A DNA stretch of 64,000 bases from Octopus vulgaris (lineage: Eukaryota). Below, piece by piece: positions 13,050 through 26,834 of the stretch. The stretch lies in assembly GCA_951406725.2 (NCBI GenBank), contig OX597832.1:50220001-50284000 (forward strand), read 5' to 3'. Made by a program: the position numbers and the translations under genes. The notes beneath the pieces were generated by a model. That model was given only the letters and a program-made list of their open reading frames with translations, searched no databases and was not told the origin of the DNA. Every line of letters begins with the position of its first letter. Positions within the stretch are counted from its first letter, which is position 1.

Positions 13050-13280
13050 ACCAAGTGTTCTCCCTGAGCCTAGGGATCAGCTTGCCAAGACTCTCCAGTT
13101 CCCTCTGTGTTTTGTTGCATTCTTACAATCAGCCAGACTCTCGTTTCCAGTCCATTTTTCGATGTTGTCAGTTCACAAACCCCTTTGATGGACCTTTGCT
13201 CTCTTCTCCTCCACACTTTCTGTCAGGATAGCTTTCAGCAATGACTCATGGTGGCATTGTACATCCAGAATATAACTTTG
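13050..13280 (-). mobile_element. Old RTE/BovB-like LINE 3' fragment
   Basis: - strand reads HESLLKAILTESVEEKRAK..*TDNIEKWTG..NWRVL, resembling the RTE C-terminal pattern SL.K.IL.G.VEGKR..W.DNI..WTG. Confidence 0.6.
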
Positions 13281-14094
13281 TGTCCCTCCAACATCACTTG
13301 ACAACCGATGCTGGTGTGTTTACGTCCCCGTAACTTAGTAGTTCAGCAAAAGAGACCGATAGAATAAGTACTAGGCTTACAAAGAATAAGTCCTGGGGTC
13401 GATTTGCTCGACTAAAGGCAGTGCTCCAGCATGGCTGCAGTCAAATGACTGAAACAAGTAAAAGAGTATATATATATATATATATACAGCTATATTGTCC
13501 AGTGTGTCCATATTTTTTAAATGGTAAAGTAAGGTTTGGTATTATTTGTTTTGGGGGTTGGCTGAATGACCATAAACCAGCACCATTTGCTAGTCAGCTT
13601 GGCTGTGCAATTTTGCAATCTCTTATATCCACTTTGGCCCCCTATTGTCTAGGTCAAGAGTTAAACAATAAAACCAGTTTGTTAAAACTCGGACCTTTCA
13701 CCTCCCTACCGACATAATCACTCAAATAAATAAATATTAAATTAAAGCTGAAATAAATCAATAAAAAATACAAAAAATACACAGAATATAAAAATCGAGA
13801 TGAAATATTTGTGAAAATGATAATGCCACTCTATATAGCTTCTCAAACTTGTTGATCTTTGTTTTTTTTTTGTTTTTTTTTTTCCTAACTTTGTTGCAGT
13901 ACTTATACACAATGCTCTGCCCTTGTGTAGATGTCTAAGCACTGCTGTCAGGTTATTCATACTGTTCTGAAGGGATTTGATTCTGTTCTGCAGAGCGAGT
14001 CTCTACTACTATGCATCATTTAAAACCATGGAAGACACTTGTCAGGAAAACCTCCTGAGTTCCATGATGCTTACGTATGTGTGTAAGTGTTTGG

Positions 14095-14113
14095 GTGTGT
14101 GTGTGTATATTAT

Positions 14114-14210
<97 letters not shown>

Positions 14211-14391
14211 ATATATATATACACAATATATATATACACATATACACACACACATATATATACACACACACACATATATATATACACACACACATATATA
14301 TACACACACACATATATATATACACATATACACACACACATATATATACACACACACACATATATATATACACACACACACATATATATAT

Positions 14392-14422
<31 letters not shown>

Positions 14423-14510
14423 CATACACACACATACGCACACACATTTGTACATACACACATATATACATACACACATATACGTATGCATACATACATG
14501 CACACACTCG
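14095..14510. repeat. Compound (TA)n/(CA)n microsatellite; similar blocks at 37778-38096, 38495-38795, 46140-46575, 47025-47425 and 61710-61980
   Basis: Directly visible. Confidence 0.95.
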
Positions 14511-15319
14511 CACAGAGTTCTAAGAGGTTCTATGAAAGCATGTATGTATATGTTGTACATGCTATACACTAACAGTATAGTAGAACCATCCTTGACTTGC
14601 TTTTGAGTTTATAAGCATATGTGTATTGTGTATGCATGTCTGTATATCATCTCACAGACCCATATATATAATTTGTTTACACATACATACCCACCACACA
14701 TATAAATACTGACGTAGTACCTGTCAAAAATGACAGAGTTTATTTCTGTCACCTTTCAGTAATTCTCAGTCCTTCTGTTTCAAGCCTTCTTCCATTTTCT
14801 TCTTGTATTTCAATTTTCTCTTCTTTCAGTTATTTTTCTTTTCTCTTTTTTTTTATTTCATCTTGAACTTTGTTTCTTTTTGTGTTTTTGTTTTTGTTGT
14901 TGTTGTTTTGCAACACTTCCCTCTCATTCACATTGAATATTAACTTCTCATGATAATCTTCATCATGCTGGAGTTCAAAGTCAAGTAGTGTCTCTATGAC
15001 TGAGAATTTCTTCATTTGACTTGCAAAGGCCTATTGTCTAGTTAAACATTTGATTTTTCACTTCCTTCATTCTCATTCTCCTTCATTTTTTTTCTCATAT
15101 ACATCATTATTTCTTTTCTGTCTTTCTCTGTCTGTTTCTGTCTGTGAGTCTCTCTCTCAGTATGTATGTACACACACACACACATGCATTTCCACTGCAT
15201 GGCACTGTGGGCAAGTGTCTTCTACTATAGCCTCGGGCCAGCCAGATCATTGTGGATGGATTTGGTAGACAGAAACTGAAAGAAGCTCATCATATATTAT
15301 ATATATATATATATATATT

Positions 15320-15550
15320 TAAAAAAGGAGATGTGGAAAACGAGTTGTGATATAGATAAGAGAAGAAAAAAAAGAAAAAAAGAAAAAGCGATAAGAGAAA
15401 AAAATCAATCAGAAAGAAACTCTATCTCACTCAAAATATCTTTTGATAAGCATAACAAATGCGCAACCGGTAAAAAGAACTTTCACCTAATTAAATACAC
15501 TCTCCCTTACTTAAATTATTTTGTCAGCATTTTCTTCATTTCCCTTTTTA
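15320..15550 (+). mobile_element. (TA)n-flanked insert in a SINE microsatellite with a highly decayed hammerhead-like fold
   Basis: 15439-15478 reads tctt-TTGATAA-gcat-aacaa-atgc-GCAA-ccgg-TA-aaaaga. The stems are retained but the core has three substitutions. Confidence 0.35.
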
Positions 15551-17644
15551 TATATATATGTATAAATTTATGTATCTTTGTGTCTGTCCCCCCAACATTG
15601 CTTGACAATCGATGCTGGTGTGTTTACGTCCCTGTAACTTAGCAGTTCAGCAAAAGAGACCAATAAAATAAGTACTAGGCTTACAAAGAATAAGTCCTGG
15701 GGTTGATTTCTTTTGACTAAAAACCCCTTCAAAGTGGTGCTCTAGCATTGCCACAGTTAAACAAGTAAAAAATATATTTATTCCCATTAAAAAGTGGGTG
15801 TTCTGTTAGAATAAGCTATACTGCAGTAGATACCATGAGAGAAACTCTTATATTGACTTATATTGACTTGTGCCTGGGTGGGTAACTTTTTAGGTGCAAT
15901 CCCATGGTCAGTCATGACCGAAGGGGGTCTCAGCAATATTATATTATATATTATATGTATATATTATATTATATATTATGCATGTATATTATGTACTATA
16001 TTATATATGTATATATAACCATCATCATCATCATTTAGTGTCCATTTTCCATGCTGGCATGGGTTAGAAGGTTTGAATGGAAATGGTAAACTGGAGGGCT
16101 GCACCTGGCTCCAGTCTGTTTCGGCTTGGTTTCTGCAGCAGGATACCCTTCCTAACACCATCCACTCTACAGAGTGTACCAGGTGTCTTTAACATGTCTA
16201 GTAGATAAATGAAAGAACTCATCTCTCCTCATGGCAAACATATTTAGCTTTACTTTGCCAATTTTATTCATCTTTGCATTACTGATAGAAATGCAAGTCT
16301 GTCACTGACATTCTGGGATTCTGTTTATTTTTTAAAAATTTTTATTTTTCTTTATTTTTTTTTTCTTCTTGTGTATGTTTTCTGTAAACAAACATCTTTG
16401 AATTAAACTGTCTTTCAGCTGTATTTGTAATATTCAAAGAGGGGAAAAAAACTGAGAGGGATGTTAATGGCAGTTATCGGGGCTATGATTGAGATGGAAA
16501 GGTGTTCATTAGCAGGGTGGGGTGTCGCTGCAAAATCTCGGCCATCATCTATAGTAGGTTGTAGTTTAATTACAACGATCTGAGCTAATTACTTTTTTAT
16601 TCATTGCCCCCCCCCCCAACCACCACCACCACCTCTCTCTTTCTCTCACCCATACTTTCTTCCCCACACCCTACCTAATAATACTATGTAGAATCAGTTT
16701 TGTTTGTTTTGGATTTTTTTGGATTTTTTTTCCACAACCGTCACTACTTTAATCATAACCATAGCCATCACCACCATCATCACCACCACCCTCATCACGA
16801 CCTCTTCATTATCATCATCATCATCATCACGAATGACCTTACTGATTGGTAATGACTTAAATAAAGAATCATTCATATTTTTTTTTTAGATTAGTAAGGA
16901 TTAGAATGAGATGGGAGGGGTCAGGTTTTTGAAAACAACACAACAACAACAACATACTATGAGTAACCACAGTACAACTGGGTGAGAGGCAGAGAGGTGG
17001 GACTCAATAATGAGTTTCTATGAAGATGAGTGAGAGTGGGTGCAACAGGAACATTTCGAAGAGTTCGGTCCATTATAGATTAAAAATTCTAATATGAAGC
17101 AGCAGGAGAGCTTTAAAATACCAAATAAATATAATGGAAAATGCAAAAATTTAAATAATATATCATAGGGTAACTTCTGATTTTTGCTGGTTTTTTAAAA
17201 TTATTTTTATTATTTTTTTTTTTTTTTCATTTTTATTTTTATTTTCATTTATTTATTTATTTTTTTATTCATGTTTAATTAATTAATTGGAATATCTATA
17301 AAAACATTCATTAAATTATGGAATATTGGATATATTTTTTTCCCAGGGTCTTGTTAATAGCTTCCTTTTTTTTTGTTGTTGTTGTTGTTGTTGTTGTCTT
17401 TTTCATAAAGCAACATCAAAGAGTTGCGGCTAGATGAATAAGCATTGAGGGGGGGGGGCGGCGGCAAGGGTTTGGGCTGGCGTCTGAGTATGGCAGGTTA
17501 AAGGGTCACTGGTTTATATCCCCATCATCACAGAGGGATTGTGCTGTGTTCCCTGGCCAAAAAAGGCTCTTTAATTTTTGATAGAGGTACCTCAGAGACT
17601 GCTATTGAAGGAAGCAGCAGCAGCAGTACTGGTGGTGGGGATGG

Positions 17645-18138
17645 CCAGGCAGTGGCTCTCATGGTTTCTGATCTTAACTGATTGGAAGTGTTATCATGTA
17701 TAAAAGATAGGCTACAGCAAATATTCTGCTCAATACCACAGCTTTGCTTGTCAGTTGTTTGAACTTAACCAGTTGAGCATGTCCCCTAGTGGCTGACGAT
17801 ATGTGCATCTCTGATCATGAGCAGAAGTAATGGGGGAGCATCATAGCCGTGTGTTGAGAGAAATTCTTTGGGGTTTGAATAATTCACCTCCAGAAATATG
17901 AGTATTTCATTCAACATCCTTAAACAACCTTTATTTAGGGATCGTTTGAATGGGATGGGCTACTCAATGTGAAGAGAATTCTAACTGGGCCCCCACCTGC
18001 AAGGTCATGCACTGTTTATCTTGATATGAGATCACTGTGTCATGCACATATGATTGTGATGCATGTGCCTGGTGTACCTTTATCAGACGGGTAGTCATGA
18101 TGGGTATACTGGGCTTCATATATTTTACCCCAGTGTCA
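17645..18138 (+). mobile_element. Copy of the (AAT)n-associated non-coding retroposon
   Basis: Reverse complement of most of 11056-11610. Confidence 0.75.
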
Positions 18139-19357
18139 AAATAGGATTTTAAGATCTTGAGTCTTACATCCTCATCACCTGGCCATGCATCATCTTCATA
18201 ATTGTTTTAATATCCACTTTTCATGCTCACATGGGTCAGATAGGATTTTCTGAGGAAGATTATCCATGGTTGGATGGGATGCCCTTTTTGTCACCAACCC
18301 TCTCCTGTTTCCAAGCAAGGTAATATTTCCCCATGGCTAGACACATTTTTTCATGGAAGACTGGAAATGAAAGATACTGGCCATATGACAGTGACACTCA
18401 TTTACAATTATCACACTCTATCATGACTAAGAAATACTAACAACTACACACACACACACACACACACACACATACTGACAGGATGGTCTCCTTTCAGTTT
18501 CCATCTACCAAATCCACTTACAAGGCTTTGGTTGGTGCCTGGGGCTATAGTAAAAGAACAACTTACCAAAGGTGCCAAGGAGTGGGACTGAACTCAAAAC
18601 CATGTGGTTTGGAAGCAAACTTCAAGCCAGTAATCACTGTGAAACAAATAATCACAGTTGTCTGGATGTCTGTGAGTCTTACATAAGATAACTGAAAAGA
18701 GAAGGCTATGTAAACAGTGCCTGTGACCTTTGCATGTTCTTCCTCGCAGACATGCGAGATTAATGTAACCAATTCCTTATTTAAACATTTTCTGGACAAT
18801 GTTTGTAGAAAGAATCTAGATATCGAAGTTTCTTATCTGAATCCTTGTAGTAGAGTAAACAGTTCTAAAGACACTCAAGAACCAGATGGTGGCGTTGAAC
18901 TTAGAACTGTCTTATGTCTACCATTCATTTAACAATCCTATAAATGCATTTTTCTTTTGTGACTAACTGGGTTTTGATATATAATTTATTAATGAAAATG
19001 TGTCATGGATTTTCACCAGGTCCTTCACTGAAAATTCTAGTTTATGTCATCAGCAGTTATTAGAGGATGTAAACAACAACAAATAACAATAATGATAATA
19101 ATAATAATAATAATAATATATATATTTTTTTTTTACTACCCACAAGGGGCTAAACATAGAAGGGACAAACAAGGACAGACAAACGGATTAAGTCAATTAC
19201 ATCAACCCCAGTGCGTAACTGGTACTTTATTTATCGAGCCCGAAAGGATGAAAGGTAAAGTCGACCTCGGCGGAATTTGAACTCAGAATGTAACGGCAGA
19301 CGAAATACGGCTACGCATTTTGCCAGGCGTGCTAACGTTTCTGCCAGCTCGCCGCCT

Positions 19358-19388
<31 letters not shown>

Positions 19389-19399
19389 TATGATATTGA

Positions 19400-19565
19400 T
19401 AACGAGAGCAAGTAGCGTCCACACGTTGATGGAATAATTTCAGATTCATATTTGGATTTGCTAGAACCCAGTGTTGAACCCAATCCTGGGCCCATGAATT
19501 TCGTGCTATTCAAATATAAATCAGAAATTATTCCATCAATGTGTGGACACTACTTGCTCTCGTTA
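19400..19565. repeat. Foldback / MITE-like hairpin with ~57-bp arms
   Basis: taacgagagcaagtagcgtccacacgttgatggaataatttcagattcatatttggat pairs with 19508-19565 with about 5 mismatches. Confidence 0.85.
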
Positions 19566-19749
19566 AATTTCTGAATTTTTATCACTTCTTATTTTGAACT
19601 TGACAAAGACAGACATACTGTTGAAATATCATTCTACTAATAAAATATCTTACAATCGAATTGCGCTCTTTGTCTTGACTGTTTACCTTTGTGAAGAATT
19701 ACGTCAATTCATTTTTAAAATATAATAATAATATTAATAATAGTATTAA

Positions 19750-20125
19750 TGCTTTCTAATTGATGTATCAATACCAGCAGATGACAACGTGTCTCTAAAA
19801 GAAATGGAAAAACTTTCAAAATACAAAGACCTGAAATAGAGGTAACTCAAATGTGGAATCTAAAAACAAACAATTCCTATCACAGTAGGTGCATTAGGCA
19901 TGATAAAAAAATATTCAGACAAATACATAACAAAAACACCAGGACTTGCAAACACATATAACATACAGAAAATTGCACTACTAGGCACTGCACACATCCT
20001 ACACAGAACACTTTCGATACAGTAACCATAAGAGCATCACAACAAACCACAGCACATACCCAAGGCACACAGAGCTGTTCTCGGTAGTGAAGTGAAAGCA
20101 CGCTATGAAAATAAAACCACTGAAT
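19750..20125 (+). mobile_element. 3' fragment of an R4/Dong-like non-LTR retrotransposon (restriction-like endonuclease end plus 3' UTR)
   Basis: With two frameshifts it reads CFLIDVSIPADDNVSLKEMEKLSKYKDL..MWNLKT..IPITVGALGMI..IQKIALLGTAHILHRTLSIQ*, with the stop at 20023-20025. It ends in (AAT)n, the Dong-type target. Confidence 0.85.
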
Positions 20126-21630
20126 AATAATAATAATGATAATAATAATCCTTTCCACTACAGATACAAGGCCTGAAATTTGGTGGGAGGGCACTAGTCG
20201 ATTACATCAGCCCCAATAATAATAATAATAATAATAATAAGACTTCGTCTTGTCCTGAATTTCTCAAAAATATCTATATTGTTCTATGAACAAAGGCACA
20301 TCTGTGAAAGTTAGTGATCCTCTCACAATATGTCGATCCAGAACATTTTTTGATTGACTCTTGCATGGGGAGGGGGAAGGAAGAGGAAGTGTATCAGTGG
20401 GATTTGGTTGGCAGAAACATTGTATGTCTTCCATCAATTAACCTTTTACCAAATATATTCTCTCATCTTTCTTTTACTCTCTTTTACTTGTTTCAGTCGT
20501 TTGACTGCGGCCATGCTGGAGCACTGCCTTTAGTCGAGCAAATCGACCCCAGGACTTATTCTTTGTAAGACTAGTACTTATTCTATCGGTCTCTTTTGCC
20601 AAACTGCTAAGTTACGGGGACGTAAGCACACCACCATCGGTTTTCAAGCAATGTTGGGGGAACAAACACAGACACACACACACACACATACATATATATG
20701 ATGGGCTTCTTTCAGTTTCCATCTACTAAATCCACTCACAAGGCTTTGGTCAGACTGAAACAAGTAAAAGAGTAAAAGAGTATACTACTATAATACACAA
20801 AATATTTCAACAACTTTTTTTTTTTCATACAATTCCTTATAATATTTAATTACGAAAATAATCTTTATTTTTGTAAAACATTAAATGGTCATAGGGGTCC
20901 TAATAGAGTAAAATAGGGATCAAAGAGGTCCATAAGCAAAACAAAAATGGTTGAGTACCACTGTTCCACATGAAGGGGTCAATATGCTGAGCCTGGTGAT
21001 ATGCAGGCTTGCAGCAAGGCTGCACAATTAGCAGAGATTCTTGGTTAGTTTTACAATTCTACCATCAACTTTGCTGTATTTAAGCAGAAAACAAATATGA
21101 AAATCACCATTCACTCTCACAGGTCAACTTGCATCGATATATAATTCACATAAACAATCTTGTTTTGCTTTTGTCCAATTCCATTTAAATCGCAGACTTG
21201 CAGGTGCCATGTAAGTAAAAATCAGTCAACATTGTTGGAATTTACCAGACAAGATCTTTAGCTCATGGAAATGTTATTACCTTTCTTTAGTTTCTTATTC
21301 TTCTTTGTTTTATTCTCTCTTTCCATTTCTTTCTTTTGTGCGTGTGTGTGTGTGTATCTGTGTGTATCGGTTGAATATTACTCTTTTACTCTCTTTTACT
21401 GGTTTCAGTCATTTGACTGTGGCCATGCTGGAGCACCGCCTTTAGTCGAGCAAATCGACCCCAGGACTTATTTCTTTGTAAGCCTAGTACTTATTCTATC
21501 GGTCCCTTTTGCCGAACCGCTAAGTTACGGGGACGTAAACACACCAGCATCGGTTGTCAAGTGATGTTGGGGGAACAAACACAGACACACAAACATACAC
21601 ACATACACACTCACACATATTTGTACATAC

Positions 21631-21670
<40 letters not shown>

Positions 21671-21687
21671 ATGTATATATGTATGTG

Positions 21688-21737
<50 letters not shown>

Positions 21738-23469
21738 TATATATACAACAGGCTTCTTTTAGTTTCTGTCTACCAAATCCACTCACAAGGCTTTGGTCGG
21801 CCCGAGGCTATGGTAGAAGACACTTGCCCAAGGACTGAAGTGGGAACCATGTGGTTGGTAAGCAAGCTACTTACCACACAGTCACTCCTACACCGGGTGA
21901 AATGCTTAGTGACATTTCATCTGTCCTTATGTTCTGAGTTCAAATTCCACTGAGTTCGACTTTGCCTTTCATCCTTTCAAGGGTCGATAAGATATATGTA
22001 CCAGTTGAGTACTGGGGTCGATGTAATCGACTTACCCCCTGCCCTGAAGTTACTGGCCTTGTGCCAAAATTTGAAATCAATATAGTATTATGTATGTGTG
22101 TGTGTTTATTATGTGTGTTTGTGTGTGTCATAATAATCATCATCATCATCGTTTAACGTCCGCTTTCCATGCTAGCATGGGTTGGACGACTTGACTGAGG
22201 ACTGGCAAACCAGATGGCTGCACCAGGCTCCAATCTTGATCTGGCAGAGTTTCTATAGCTGGATGCCCTTCCTAACGCCAACCACTCCGAGAGTCTAGTG
22301 GGTGCTTTTATGTGCTACCAGCACGATGGCCAGTCAGGAGGTACTGGCAATGGCCACGCACAAATAGTGTTTTTACGTGTCACCTGCAGAGGAGCCAGTC
22401 CAGTGGCACTGGCAACGACCTTGCTCGAATTTTTTTTTCACGTGTCACCAGCACAAGTGCTAATAAGGCAATGCTGGTAACGATCACGCTCAAATGGTGC
22501 CTCTTACGTGCCACCGGCACAGAAGCCAGTTAGCTGCTCTGGCAACGATCATGCTCGGATGGTGCTCTTAGCGCTCCACTAGCACTGATGCCAGTCATCA
22601 AATTTGTGTGTGTACTAACAATAAAAAAAATGACGATAAGTTTTCTTCGCTTTTTTACTGCCTAAATCAGATATATCCACTCAAAATTTCAATACCCTTA
22701 ACTGCAGATAGCAGTTTTGTGTACTAATCTATCTTTTGTGGAGGAATGTCTTGTTTGAAACTATTTTCTGTTGAAACGTGTTAAGTTTATTGATGCAACG
22801 TGACTTGCTGAGAATACCAATTCTATTTTTGGTAGATATTTTACATCATTACTAGAATAAACATGAAATTTAATTTTGCAGTTAAAGGGATAATCACCAG
22901 GAAAATATATTTGTATAGAAAAATCAAAATTTCTTTTTTGCTGTAGTGTTTACCATAAGCACACTCACACCTATGCACATTTGTTCCTGGGTAAATATTT
23001 ACATTTTGTGTTCTTGTATGAGCCAAAAAGAGGGGGGAAAAAACCAGCATTGTTTATTGTTGTTCCCTGCATTGCAATTGTCCTGTAACTCTGCATTTTC
23101 AAAGACAAGTGAATTAAAATGCCTTACTAAAAAAACAAAAACAAAAAAAAAACAGGCATGGGTTAATGACAAGAAAGGTATCTAATGTGTAGCTGTAATT
23201 CGTCTGTCGTTACGTTGTGAGTTCAAATTCTGCTGAGGTCGACTTTGCCTTTCATCCTTTCGGGGTCGATAAGTTAAGTACCAGTTACGCACTGGGGTCG
23301 ATGTAATCGACTTAATACCTATGTCTGTCTTTATCCCTTCTATGTTTAGTCCCTTGTGGGTAATTAATAAATAGGTATCTATCTAGTTGTAAAACAATGT
23401 CCCAGTCTGTACTCATCCAACCCATACTAGCATGGAAAATCATGTGAAACAATAAAAGGTAAAGTTAGC

Positions 23470-23708
23470 TTCTTGAGTCATACTGACTCGTAAGGGCCGG
23501 TTTCCCAGTTTCATGGCATATATATTCCCCACCTGGATGGGATGCTAGTCCATCGCAGGATTACTCCATTTTGCCAGCTGAGTGGACTGAAGCAACGTGA
23601 AATGAAGTGTCTTGCTCAAGAACACAATGTGTTGCCTAGTCCAAGAATTGAAACCACAATCTTACAATCATGAGTCCAACACCTTAACCACTGAATCATG
23701 TGCTTCCA
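23470..23708 (-). mobile_element. tRNA-derived SINE family C; related heads at ~610-845, 9790-10030, 28340-28447, 62630-62745 and 63890-63985
   Basis: Reverse complement carries the tRNA-like head and the cttgagcaagacacttcatttcac..gctccagtccactcagctg core. Confidence 0.75.
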
Positions 23709-23777
23709 CATATGAAACGGTGAACCATATGAACACACATACGCACGCGCGCGCATGCACGCAGATATAACTTTGTA

Positions 23778-23862
23778 GGTTTTGTTTTTGAAATCACATC
23801 CTCTGGCCTGAATACCTGATATTTCAGGTACCTAAACCTGATGTGATTTCTAAAACAAAACC
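23778..23862. repeat. Small nested hairpin
   Basis: Outer arms ggttttgtttttgaaatcacatc / gatgtgatttctaaaacaaaacc enclose an inner tacctga-tatt-tcaggta hairpin. Confidence 0.7.
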
Positions 23863-24263
23863 CATAAAATTAATGTAAGGTGTATAATAACATGCATATG
23901 AACTCAGAACATAATGGCAGACGAAATACGGCTACGCATTTCGCCTGGTGTGCTAACGTTTCTGCCAGCTCATCACCTTAAACTGTCTGTATCTAATAAT
24001 CTATGTATCTATATGTATCATCACATCCTCATCATCCACTTTTCCAATGTTTGTATACATATACACAAAAAGGACACATACACACACACACACACACACA
24101 CAACACACACGTGAGCAAGAAAAAAAAATGGACATGAAATGAAAATGTTGATTACTTGATGGAAATTTCTTTGCTTCTAAGTAAATGAGTAAAGAAATAT
24201 ATAACCTCATGTATTGAATACTGCCTGTTTCTTTTATTTACAATACACACACACACACACACA

Positions 24264-24624
24264 CGCTGTGGTGATCTCATTCTCGCTCACAACATCATAA
24301 GCGGAAAGTGTAACCTCTCAAAAGAGCTGTTCTTCACTCCTGCTCCAGAGCGTTGGCTGCAGGGTCACTCCGAAAAGCTCTACCTGCGACAATTTCATCT
24401 GAATCAAAGGAGAGGGGGTTTCTCCGTCCAGGTTGCGAATCCGTAGAATAAGCTGCCGGATGAGATAGTGAAGATGCCAACGACCGCTCGGTTCAAAGTC
24501 TCTCTTGACCAGAAATGGCCTGAACTCTTTGTATGAACACCCTCCCTGTACATAACTCCATGTCCCCCTATATGGCCTTGCTTGTGCTTTTTGAGCCCCA
24601 AAATTAATTAATTAACTAACTAAC
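24264..24624 (+). mobile_element. 3' fragment of a CR1-clade LINE
   Basis: Reads RCGDLILAHNIISG..LQGHSEKL..RRGGFSVQVANP*NKLPDEIV..FKVSLDQKW, a typical CR1 ORF2 C-terminus, followed by a short 3' UTR and (taat/taac)n tail. Confidence 0.85.
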
Positions 24625-25735
24625 ACACACACAGGCATATATACACAGAGGGAGACAGAGAAAGACAGAAAGAGAGAGAGGGAATTAGTAATTAAGGATA
24701 GATTTAAAATAGCAACATGAGATAAAAAGATTAATACCTTATTGTATCTGAATTGTTTAAACAATTTCTCTCAATTATGATGGTATCTATGTGTGTGTAT
24801 AAGCATATTGTATTATCTGTATAAGCACATTAATCGACTCATTGTACATGCATACACACACACACACACACACGCACGCACGTGTGCTCACAGAGCGAGT
24901 TTTCTCACTTCCTCCTGTCAAGATTGGAATCTTTCTAATATTTCTAAGATAAAAGGGTCAAAAGAATATATATCAAGACAAGAAGAAAGGAAAGTGCAGT
25001 GTCAGGGGATTTCATAGAATAAGTGTGTGTGTGTGTGTGTGTGTGTGTGATAGGGAGTGTTGAAATTTGCTTATTTTATATCACTGCCACCCATGTTTTC
25101 ATCTCTGGCATCTTCAGTGCTATCATCATAATTTTCACTATCATCACTATTATCATTGTTCATTATCATCATCATCATTTAACATCCGGTTTCCGTGCTT
25201 GCATAGGTTGGAGGGATTTGACAGGAACTGGCAAAGCCATGAGCCACACCAGATCCTATAGTCTGCTTCGGCGTGGTTTCTACAGCTGGATGCCCTTCCT
25301 AATGCCAACCACTTTACAGGGTGTACTGGGTGCTTTTTAAGTGGCACTAGCACCAGTGCTATTTATATGGCACCAGCACCGGTGCTTTTTATGTGGCACC
25401 ATCATCATTGCTTTTTGGGTGTTATGGAATGAAATGTGGATGGATGGGTGGGGGTAGAGTCCCTCTAGAGCAAGCATTACCAAGGTGGTTTTAGGATATC
25501 ATTTCTTATTTCTTTACTGCCCACAAGGGGCCACACACAGAGGGGACAAACAAGGACAGACAAAGGGAGTAAGCCGATTACATCGACCTCAGTGCATAAT
25601 TGGAACTTATTTAATCGACCCTGAAAGGATGAAAGGCAATGTCGACCTCAGCGGAATCTGAACTCAGAACGTAACGACAGATGAAACACTACTAAGCATT
25701 TCGCCCGGCGTGCTAACACTTCTGCCAGCTCACCG

Positions 25736-25787
<52 letters not shown>

Positions 25788-26229
25788 GGGTGGGTGTTCT
25801 TTTGTTCCTCCACTTCACTGTTTGACAACTGATGTTGGTTTGTTCACATCCCCATGTTTTGTGGTTTGATGAAATAAAGTAATAGAATAAGTACAATACA
25901 TAAAAAAAAAATCAGGTACCGGGACCGATTTGTTTTACTAAAACCTTTGAGACATTGCTCCTGCATGGCCACAGTCCAATGACTGAAACAAGCAAGAGAT
26001 AAAAGATCATTGCTTTCATTTCATATATGGATATATTTCAATTCAATAAAGCTTTCATCTATAGAACAAGCAATCAACAAATGTTATTTAACCACGGAAA
26101 GATTTAGAAAAATCCAAACAAATTCAACTCAATGATGATGAAAGCTTTCAGTTTGGTTTTTTTTTATGGATTGTGTTAACATCTGTGTTGCGTGTTTTGT
26201 GTGTGTGGTTTGTTATATGTGTTTGTTTG

Positions 26230-26780
26230 TGTATATATGCTTCTCTATATGCTTGTGTATATATGAATGTGTGTATATGCTTGTGTGTATATGCTTGTGT
26301 GTGTATGCTTGTGTGTGTATGCTTGTGTGTGTATGCTTGTGTGTATATGCTTGTGTGAATATATATGCTTGTGTGTATATGCTTGTGTGTGTATGCTTGT
26401 GTGTGTATGCTTGTGTGTGTATGCTTGTGTGTGTATGCTTGTGTGTATATGCTTGTGTGAATATATATGCTTGTGTGTATATGCTTGTGTGTATATGCTT
26501 GTGTGTATATGCTTGTGTGTATATGCTTGTGTGTATATGCTTGTGTATATATGCTTGTGTGTATATGATTGTGTGTATATGCTTATGTGTATATGCTTTT
26601 ATGTGCTTGTGTATATATGCTTGTGTGTATATGCTTGTGTATATATGCTTTTATGTGCTTGTGTATATATGCTTGTGTGTATATGCTTGTGTGTATATGC
26701 TTATGTGTATATGCTTTTATGTGCTTGTGTATATATGCTTGTGTGTCTATTTACTTGCGTATATATGCTTGTGTAATATA
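26230..26780. repeat. Minisatellite of 16-18-bp units (tatatgcttgtgtg..)
   Basis: About 30 tandem ATGCTTGTGT-containing units. Confidence 0.9.
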
Positions 26781-26793
26781 CTTATATATATAA

Positions 26794-26834
<41 letters not shown>

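Noticed and set aside
13994-14074. AG..GT-bounded segment ([21 protein letters not shown]) as a RYK exon
   Set aside because: It has no similarity to RYK, and the two real exons already join without a gap.
14042-14606. Long Y/I/H/T/C/V-rich ORFs here and at 26166-26936, 37631-38930, 46056-47499 and 61645-62236
   Set aside because: They are translations of dinucleotide microsatellites and minisatellites.
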